A DNA stretch of 64,000 nt from an uncultured Candidatus Saccharibacteria bacterium. GTDB taxonomy: Bacteria > Patescibacteriota > Minisyncoccia > Phycocordibacterales > UBA6899. Positions 57,510 to 64,000 of this stretch are shown here, one piece after another. How positions within the stretch are numbered: position 1 is the stretch's first letter; the number at the start of each line of letters is the position of its first letter. The notes under the pieces were generated by a model. That model made no database searches and was not told where the DNA came from. It worked only from the letters and a program-made list of their open reading frames with translations. The DNA lies in assembly GCA_964386905.1 (NCBI GenBank), contig CAYLUP010000001.1, forward strand, positions 109,660 through 173,659, given 5' to 3'. The position numbers were made by a program, and so were the translations under genes.

Positions 57510-58242
57510 TGCTCATATCATCAAAATCTTGTTGCTGTGTTACATGTACAATGCCTTGTTTTACAAGCTCGAGCATCGCTAAAAAAGAAATGATAACATG
57601 TACCTTCTCTTCCTTTGGAAGGTGCCTGCCTTTTGTGTATGAGGAAAAACTTGAGAATCCCATGCGAAGATTTTCCGTAACACGAGACGCAAGACGTGTC
57701 ATCATTTCTTCGATTGATACAACTTTTTTTATGGTTGCTTTTGGAAGTTCTTGTTTTTTTGGTAATGCGTGAATGACCCGCTGTGCAGCCACATGTAATT
57801 CATGTGATGTGAGTGTATGGTCTGGGGCAAATATTTCAACGTGCTCTGCTCTGCTTGTTTTTTCGAAAATAATACTTCTCCCGTAGCATGTTCGAATATA
57901 CTCCGCAACATTTTTGAAAAGTTCATGAAGTGCAAGCCTGCGTTTGAGGTCACCAATATCCTCCTCTTCTTCCACTGTCAGGTTGAGGTCTGGGAGAATA
58001 GATTTAGATTTAATAAGAACAAGTGTAGATGCAATGAGGAGAAAGTTGGCAACGTCATCCATCGGATATGACTCGAAGCTTCGAACTTTTGCAATATAAT
58101 CATCAGCAACTTGAGACAATGAAAAATCATTAATAAAGAGTTTCCTCTTTTCGATAAGAGAAAGCAGGAGGTCAAGAGGCCCTTGAAAGTGCTCCGTATG
58201 GATATGAAAATCAACTTTTGTGTCTCCTGCAATAGAGTCCAT
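57466..58242 (-). CDS. scpA: Segregation and condensation protein A (kleisin)
   Basis: FHIHTEHFQGPLDLLLSLIEKRKLFINDFSLSQVADDY N-terminal kleisin motif. Confidence 0.85.
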   Translation of the reverse strand: MDSIAGDTKVDFHIHTEHFQGPLDLLLSLIEKRKLFINDFSLSQVADDYIAKVRSFESYPMDDVANFLLIASTLVLIKSKSILPDLNLTVEEEEDIGDLKRRLALHELFKNVAEYIRTCYGRSIIFEKTSRAEHVEIFAPDHTLTSHELHVAAQRVIHALPKKQELPKATIKKVVSIEEMMTRLASRVTENLRMGFSSFSSYTKGRHLPKEEKVHVIISFLAMLELVKQGIVHVTQQQDFDDMSIEPIELHTPKYGQD

Positions 58243-58328
58243 GTATATATGAAGTATATCACAAATTATGGCCTCAATAAGCCATTATCTGTTTTTCTGT
58301 GTATAAATAAAACATCGCATGCGATGTT

Positions 58329-59726
58329 TTATTTCTTTTCAATGACGAGCCCAAGTTCTTTGAGCTGCCTTTGTTTCATTGGGCTTGGGCTTCCGGTCAT
58401 CAATTCTTTACCCTCCCCATTCTTTGCAAACGCAATGACTTCACGAATATTTGGTTCATTTTGAAGAATTGCGACCAAGCGATCGTATCCCCAAGCAATT
58501 CCCCCGTGAGGTGGAGCTCCGAAGCTAAACGCATCAAGCATGTGGCCTACAGAGTGCCGTGTTTCCTCTTCAGAATACCCCATAATACGATAGACTGCTT
58601 TCAGTGCTTCTGGGTTGTGGTTTCGTACAGAGCCACCACCGATCTCGAATCCATTCAAGACAATGTCATACTGCGCGGTGATAATGTTCTGGATATTTGT
58701 TCCATTCATGAGATCCTGCTCATATTCTGGCATTGCGGCGCTGAACGGATTATGTGTAAACGTCCACCCACCTTCATCAGTTTTTTCAAAAAATGGAAAG
58801 TCGATGACCCAACAAAATGCGAGAAGATTTGGGTCATCTTTGTCTTCTCGGATATCTGGTCTATCTGTTTGATATTTCTCCATTGCGTCCTTATAGCTCA
58901 TTCGGGGAAAGGGTATTTGTTGTATACGCTTCTGCGGGTAGAGTTCTTTTACTAATCCAATCAGGAGCTGCTCGTTGATCTGCATGACCTCTTCCCTGTC
59001 AGTAAAGGAAATTTCCATATCAAGCTGGGTAAACTCCGGCTGGCGGTCTCCACGAAGATCCTCATCACGAAAGCAGCGTGCAAATTGGAAGTAACGTTCA
59101 AAACCTGAAGCCATCAGAAGTTGTTTATATTGCTGCGGTGATTGTGGAAGTGCAAAACATTTCCCATTTTCAACACGGGATGGAACTATATAATCACGCG
59201 CACCCTCAGCAGTCGCAACGGTCAAAATTGGTGTGTCAATTTCTGCGAATCCAAGCGCGTCCAATTTGTTGCGCAGGTATAATGCTCCCTTGTGGCGCAT
59301 ACGAATATTTTCTTGAAGCCGAGATCGACGCAAATCGAGATAGCGATATCTGAGACGAACGTCTTCACCAATATCCATTCCGCTCCCCCGGATATCGAAT
59401 GGGGGTGTATTTGATTGATTCAATATACAAATTTCTAGGACCTCGATCTCGATTGATCCATTGAGTTCGTCTGGATTTATGTTTTTCTCTGGTCGAGAGT
59501 TTACTTTTCCAGTAACACGCAAGACCCATTCTGGGCGGACCTTCTCTGCATGTTCGTGCGCCTCTTTGTGAAACGGGAGGGCAACCATCTGCACCTTTCC
59601 GGTCGTATCGCGAAAATCAATAAAGATAAGTTTCCCCTGATCTCTCCTAACATCTACCCACCCCATAATATTTACCTCCTCACCTACATGAGAAGACAGG
59701 TCTCGAATATATGTTCGCTGTGTCAT
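58329..59726 (-). CDS. aspS: Aspartate--tRNA ligase (short form without GAD insertion domain)
   Basis: N-terminal OB anticodon-binding domain, class II motifs (FRDEDLRGDRQPEFTQLDME; GGGSVRNHN...; GIAWGYDR); 465 aa. Confidence 0.9.
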   Translation of the reverse strand: MTQRTYIRDLSSHVGEEVNIMGWVDVRRDQGKLIFIDFRDTTGKVQMVALPFHKEAHEHAEKVRPEWVLRVTGKVNSRPEKNINPDELNGSIEIEVLEICILNQSNTPPFDIRGSGMDIGEDVRLRYRYLDLRRSRLQENIRMRHKGALYLRNKLDALGFAEIDTPILTVATAEGARDYIVPSRVENGKCFALPQSPQQYKQLLMASGFERYFQFARCFRDEDLRGDRQPEFTQLDMEISFTDREEVMQINEQLLIGLVKELYPQKRIQQIPFPRMSYKDAMEKYQTDRPDIREDKDDPNLLAFCWVIDFPFFEKTDEGGWTFTHNPFSAAMPEYEQDLMNGTNIQNIITAQYDIVLNGFEIGGGSVRNHNPEALKAVYRIMGYSEEETRHSVGHMLDAFSFGAPPHGGIAWGYDRLVAILQNEPNIREVIAFAKNGEGKELMTGSPSPMKQRQLKELGLVIEKK

Positions 59727-59729
59727 ATG

Positions 59730-60668
59730 TTATATGCTAATTCCTATCGTGTTTCTAATAGCATGCATTTTAATCTGTGCAATATGTCGTGCTTGCTCAC
59801 TTCCCTTTTTGAGAAGATCGACAACATCAGAATCTGAAATTTCATTGCGTTTTTCACGCATAGGAGAAAAGTATGTATCAATTGCTTCTATGAGTGATTC
59901 TTTCAAAATCTTGTATTTTCCACGATTGTGCTCATACAATGCATGAAGAGTAATTTCGTCAACAAAAAGGCGGTGGATTGCGTAGACATTTTGAGGAATA
60001 TCACCAGAAGAATCTGTGACAATGGACATCACGTGTTTTGCAATTTCATCTCGTGATGCAAAGAGCGGTATGATATTCCCATAACTCTTGCTCATTTTTT
60101 TTCCATCTGTACCTGGAACGATGCCTACATGCTGTAAGATCATTTCTTTTGGTTCTTTAAAAAGTGGGCTGAAGAGAGTGTTAAATTTATGTGCAGCTTC
60201 TCGTGTATATTCGATGTGTTGCCGTTGGTCTTCGCCCGTTGGAACCACGTCTGTATCGTAAAGTAGAATATCTGCGGCCATGAGCATCGGATATGTAAAG
60301 AGGCCTGCATTTGCTTCAAGACCTTTTGCTACCTTATCTTTATACGAATGCGCCTGCATTAAGAATGGCACACTTACAAGACAATTAAATATCCATGCAA
60401 GCTCTGTGTGTTCTGGTACTTGTGATTGCTGGAAAACGAGTGCATGAGATGGATTTACCCCAACTGCAATATAGTCTTTTACTATATCAATGATATGTCT
60501 ACGCATACTCTCTGGGTCTTTTGATGTTGTCAGCGCATGATAATCTGCGACCATGATTGTACTTTCGTATTCCTCATATACGTCTAAAAATGGCTTTAAC
60601 GCACCAAAATAGTTACCAATATGAAGGTTCCCAGAAGGTTGCAGACCAGTCAGGAGTTTCTGTTTCAT
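59730..60668 (-). CDS. trpS: Tryptophan--tRNA ligase
   Basis: TGLQPSGNLHIGNYFGA (HIGH-type), KMSKS motif. Confidence 0.95.
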   Translation of the reverse strand: MKQKLLTGLQPSGNLHIGNYFGALKPFLDVYEEYESTIMVADYHALTTSKDPESMRRHIIDIVKDYIAVGVNPSHALVFQQSQVPEHTELAWIFNCLVSVPFLMQAHSYKDKVAKGLEANAGLFTYPMLMAADILLYDTDVVPTGEDQRQHIEYTREAAHKFNTLFSPLFKEPKEMILQHVGIVPGTDGKKMSKSYGNIIPLFASRDEIAKHVMSIVTDSSGDIPQNVYAIHRLFVDEITLHALYEHNRGKYKILKESLIEAIDTYFSPMREKRNEISDSDVVDLLKKGSEQARHIAQIKMHAIRNTIGISI

Positions 60669-60724
60669 TCTCTAATACTAGCAAATATTGATGTCTCCGT
60701 CTAATAAAAAATGGCTTTCGCCAT

Positions 60725-61738
60725 TTAAATTTCCAGGAATTCTGTCTGGGAGGGTGTTTCTGGTTTGACAAGTGTCATGCAACCTTCTTTCGGAAGCTCA
60801 ATTGTAAATATTGCTCCTTTCCCAGGACCAGGAGAGTCAATATGAATTTGCCCGTGCATACCAGAGATCAGTTTCTTTGAAATATAGAGACCTAAGCCAG
60901 ATCCATCTGTAAATTGACGTGCACCGCGTTCTCCGCGTTGAAATTTTCCAAACAAAAGGCGAATGTCTTCGTGTGCTATGCCAATCCCTGTATCCGAAAC
61001 TTCGATGAGTTGAGTATTATTGTCGCTATTTTTTATACAAATCGTAACTTTTCCTTGAGGAGTGTAGTTTATTGCATTATCGACGATATTATGCAGTACC
61101 TCTCTGAGTTTTTGCTCGTCTGCGAGCGCAAGATATGGGGTTTCTGATGGTTGAACATCGATAAACAGATGCAGATTTTTTTCTGTAGCCTTCTGGGAAA
61201 ATTCGTCAACAACTTCGTGAACAAGGTGGACGGTATCTATTGGTGTAATGTCATATGCAAGATCTCCTTGTTCTATACGTGAAATTCGCAAAAGCTCATT
61301 TACAAGATTTGTAAGCCTTACAGCAGACTTGTGCGCTCGTGTGATGGGCATGTTCAATTCAATTGGAATTTGTCCGTAAGAATGTTCAAGAATCATTGAA
61401 AGATATCCTGTGAGGGCTGTGAGCGGTGTGCGAAGCTGATGTGATGCTATAGATATAAATTCATTTTTGCGTTCAGAAGAGATGCGGAGCTGTTCGTTGC
61501 TCCTTGCGAGTTCCCAGTTTTTATTTGAGAGACTCCTGGAAAGTTCTCGAAGGCGAACAGCATCCATGCTTGCATGAATGATTGCCCTCCGTGTGATATA
61601 GAAAACTACTGGCATTGTTGCAAGAAGAACAATGCCCAAAATTCGTTCGTTCCATGTTTTTGAGAACACAAAAAGAAGTGCCCCTATAGTCATTTGTACA
61701 AGAAAGACGAGAATGAACATGCGTACAAATCTATTCAT
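60725..61738 (-). CDS. Sensor histidine kinase (short; TM + HisKA + HATPase_c), no adjacent response regulator
   Basis: H-box SIASHQLRTPLTALTGYL, N box HNIVDNAINYT, G boxes DTGIGI / GSGLGLYI. Confidence 0.85.
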   Translation of the reverse strand: MNRFVRMFILVFLVQMTIGALLFVFSKTWNERILGIVLLATMPVVFYITRRAIIHASMDAVRLRELSRSLSNKNWELARSNEQLRISSERKNEFISIASHQLRTPLTALTGYLSMILEHSYGQIPIELNMPITRAHKSAVRLTNLVNELLRISRIEQGDLAYDITPIDTVHLVHEVVDEFSQKATEKNLHLFIDVQPSETPYLALADEQKLREVLHNIVDNAINYTPQGKVTICIKNSDNNTQLIEVSDTGIGIAHEDIRLLFGKFQRGERGARQFTDGSGLGLYISKKLISGMHGQIHIDSPGPGKGAIFTIELPKEGCMTLVKPETPSQTEFLEI

Positions 61739-61794
61739 GTATATAAGTGTATCACAAATTTATATACGTATCCGTGGATAATAAAACGAGAAGG

Positions 61795-62856
61795 CTAGTA
61801 CCCTTCTCGTTCTAATTCTTTTAAAAGCTCTTTTGCTTTTTTTGATGGGCGGGATGGTTGCTCAAAGAGGAGTTTGATAAGAATATCGCTTGGTTTCCCT
61901 CGTCGTATTCCAGGAATCCCTTTCTCTTTCATTCTCAGTATCGTTCCAACGGAAGTTCTTTCTGGGATATCAATTTCAAATTCATCACCTTTCACTGACT
62001 TGAGTGTTTTCTTTGTGCCAAGAATCGCTTCAGTCATTTTGATTGGCAATTCAATGTATAGATCATCGCCATCACGTTTCCATGTCTTATGCGGTTCAAC
62101 GTGAACGGTTATGTATAGATCTCCTGGTATTCCATGGGGGATTGCCTCACCTTTTCCTGTCATGCGAAGCGTCTCACCATTTCGGACTCCTGGGGGAATT
62201 GGGATTGCAATCTCTTCCTCCTTCCTCGTGACGCCGTCACCTCCACAATCACGGCAAAGCTCTTCTGGAATTCTTCCTGCGCCATCACATGCATTACACA
62301 CAACACTCGTTTGTATTGAGCCAAGTATTGTCTGCTGAATACGTATGGTTTTACCTTTTCCATGACACTCTCCGCATGTTTTGAGTTTCGACCCAGGCTT
62401 TGCGCCACTTCCACTGCATGTTGAACATGCAGTGTGTTTTCGTAGTCGTGTAGTTTTTGTCGCACCATACACAGAATCAGCGAATGACATTTGAATATCA
62501 ATTTGGATATCTCTCCCCTGTGGTGTTCTCTGTGATCGTGCGCCGCCGCCGGAAAACATATCAAATATGTCACCCATATCAAAACCTCCTTGAAATCCTG
62601 AAAAATCAAAACCTCCAAAGCCTCCCCCTGCTCCGTTGAATTGAGGACCGTCTGCTGACCCATATTGATCATATCGCGAACGCTTCTCATCGTCTGAGAG
62701 AACTTGGTAGGCCTCGTTGACCTCTTTGAACCGCTTTTCGTCGCCGGTCTTTTTATCTGGATGATATTGATGTGCAAGTTTGTAGAATGCTTTCTTGATC
62801 TCGTCTTTTGACGCGTTTTTTGATACACCGAGTGTGTTGTAGTAATCTTTTGGCAT
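61795..62856 (-). CDS. dnaJ: Chaperone DnaJ
   Basis: J domain with HPD (YHPDKK), G/F-rich region, four CxxCxGxG zinc-finger repeats. Confidence 0.95.
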   Translation of the reverse strand: MPKDYYNTLGVSKNASKDEIKKAFYKLAHQYHPDKKTGDEKRFKEVNEAYQVLSDDEKRSRYDQYGSADGPQFNGAGGGFGGFDFSGFQGGFDMGDIFDMFSGGGARSQRTPQGRDIQIDIQMSFADSVYGATKTTRLRKHTACSTCSGSGAKPGSKLKTCGECHGKGKTIRIQQTILGSIQTSVVCNACDGAGRIPEELCRDCGGDGVTRKEEEIAIPIPPGVRNGETLRMTGKGEAIPHGIPGDLYITVHVEPHKTWKRDGDDLYIELPIKMTEAILGTKKTLKSVKGDEFEIDIPERTSVGTILRMKEKGIPGIRRGKPSDILIKLLFEQPSRPSKKAKELLKELEREGY

Positions 62857-63023
62857 GGCGGTTTAAAATATGTATTGCATTATAGTCTTTTTTGTGAAAC
62901 TGACAATAAATGAGCTTGAATGCAATGTATAAAAGAAAACAGTTTTACATTCGTAATATACAATATGCACTATTGAGTGGCTTTTGAGAAAATACACAAC
63001 CAAAGTTGTGTATTTTCTTTGGA

Positions 63024-64000
63024 CTATATGTCCCGCACAGTATCAGAATCACCAGACTTTGCAGCTCCATCTGCTGAATTTGTCCCAGCATTTTCTGTTG
63101 ATTGTTGTTTTGCCATCGCTTCACCAATCGTGCTCAATGCAGAGCTCAGTTCCTCTGTGCCTTTTTTGATTGCATCCAAATCATTTCCTGAAACAAGAGC
63201 TTTCAGTGCAGACGCTTTCTCATCAACATTCTTCTTGATATCTTCGGGGATTTTCCCTTCGTTATCTTTTAATGATTTTTCTGCGGTGTATAGTATCGTT
63301 TCTGCAAGATTCTTTACTTCAACAGCTTCCTTCTTTTTCTTGTCTTCATCAGCATGGATTTCAGCTTCTTTTGTCATACGCTCAATGTCGGCATCAGAAA
63401 GAGTAGATCGTGATTCAATCCTAATAGTTTGTTCTTTGCCGGATGTTTTGTCTTTCGCTTTCACATTGAGAATACCATCGACATTTACATCAAACGTCAC
63501 TTCAACCTGCGGAACGCCTCGGGGAGCTGGTGGGATGCCGTCGAGAATGAATCGACCGAGTGTTTTATTGTCAGCCGCCATTGGACGCTCGCCTTGAACG
63601 ATATGAATTTCAACAGAGGTTTGATTGTCGGCAGCTGTCGAAAATATCTGCGACTTACTTGCTGGGATTGTCGTGTTTCGCTCAATAAGTTTTGTTGCAA
63701 CATTACCCATTGTTTCAATACCAAGAGAAAGTGGAATGACATCAAGAAGTAAAACATCGTGAACATCGCCCTGGAGGATTCCGCCTTGGATCGCTGCTCC
63801 AATCGCCACAACTTCGTCAGGATTAACTGACATGTTTGGCTTCTTGCCAAAGAAGTCTTCAACTGCTTTTTGTATTGCTGGCATACGTGTTTGGCCGCCA
63901 ACCATGACAATCTCATGGATTTCTGTTTTCGGGAAAGGTGCCGCATCGATAGCACGCTTTGTTATCATCATCGCACGGTCAATGAATTCTTGAGAGAGTT
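63024..64000 (-). CDS. dnaK: Chaperone DnaK (C-terminal part; 5' end beyond window)
   Basis: ATPase-domain tail [17 protein letters not shown], substrate-binding beta domain, helical lid; runs off the window. Confidence 0.95.
   Translation of the reverse strand, partial: LSQEFIDRAMMITKRAIDAAPFPKTEIHEIVMVGGQTRMPAIQKAVEDFFGKKPNMSVNPDEVVAIGAAIQGGILQGDVHDVLLLDVIPLSLGIETMGNVATKLIERNTTIPASKSQIFSTAADNQTSVEIHIVQGERPMAADNKTLGRFILDGIPPAPRGVPQVEVTFDVNVDGILNVKAKDKTSGKEQTIRIESRSTLSDADIERMTKEAEIHADEDKKKKEAVEVKNLAETILYTAEKSLKDNEGKIPEDIKKNVDEKASALKALVSGNDLDAIKKGTEELSSALSTIGEAMAKQQSTENAGTNSADGAAKSGDSDTVRDI

Overview
This AT-rich, gene-dense window has short intergenic spacers and many hairpin+T-run terminators. 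It looks like a reduced-genome bacterium, possibly CPR/Patescibacteria-like: infB encodes a truncated IF2, the AspRS is the short form, and the ribosomal-protein operons are compacted. About 75 CDS and 6 tRNAs are listed.

Housekeeping content:
- infB and rbfA
- a cysteine desulfurase
- Fe/Mn SOD
- ClpB
- Dus
- CysS, CorA and CtpA
- L9 and L27
- YchF
- Tgt
- the infA-rpmJ-rpsM-rpsK-rpsD-rpoA-rplQ-rplM-rpsI block
- FtsW-MurG
- GluRS
- an M23 peptidase
- a cell-wall block: MraY, a DacA-like carboxypeptidase, a CAP-domain protein and an NlpC/P60 protein
- ScpA/ScpB
- AspRS and TrpRS
- DnaJ and DnaK

Accessory content:
- A tandem array of six paralogous small secreted proteins with a signal peptide plus two TM helices (VirB2/TrbC-pilin-like topology) sits next to a polytopic membrane protein and a tRNA-Leu. 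This is the best candidate for an undescribed system.
- A roughly 1.2 kb GC-rich island, far above the local GC by eye, carries one secreted proline-rich membrane protein with its own strong promoter and SD.
- A membrane protein is translationally coupled (ATGA) to a membrane-anchored Clp/Hsp100-like ATPase with a degenerate NBD1.
- A giant surface protein carries six Fn3-like repeats.
- A glycogen/starch-type cluster reads GT, GH57, GH15, PGI, ROK kinase.
- A PAS histidine kinase is followed by two stand-alone receiver proteins.
- The tRNA loci have unusual architecture: a perfect 186-bp x2 tandem repeat ending in tRNA-Leu 3'-end copies, and a partial duplicate of the tRNA-Cys 3' end plus flank.
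- A GC-rich 450-bp stretch between two tRNAs has no convincing ORF.
- A 550-bp non-coding region with paired ~90-bp repeats lies upstream of infA.
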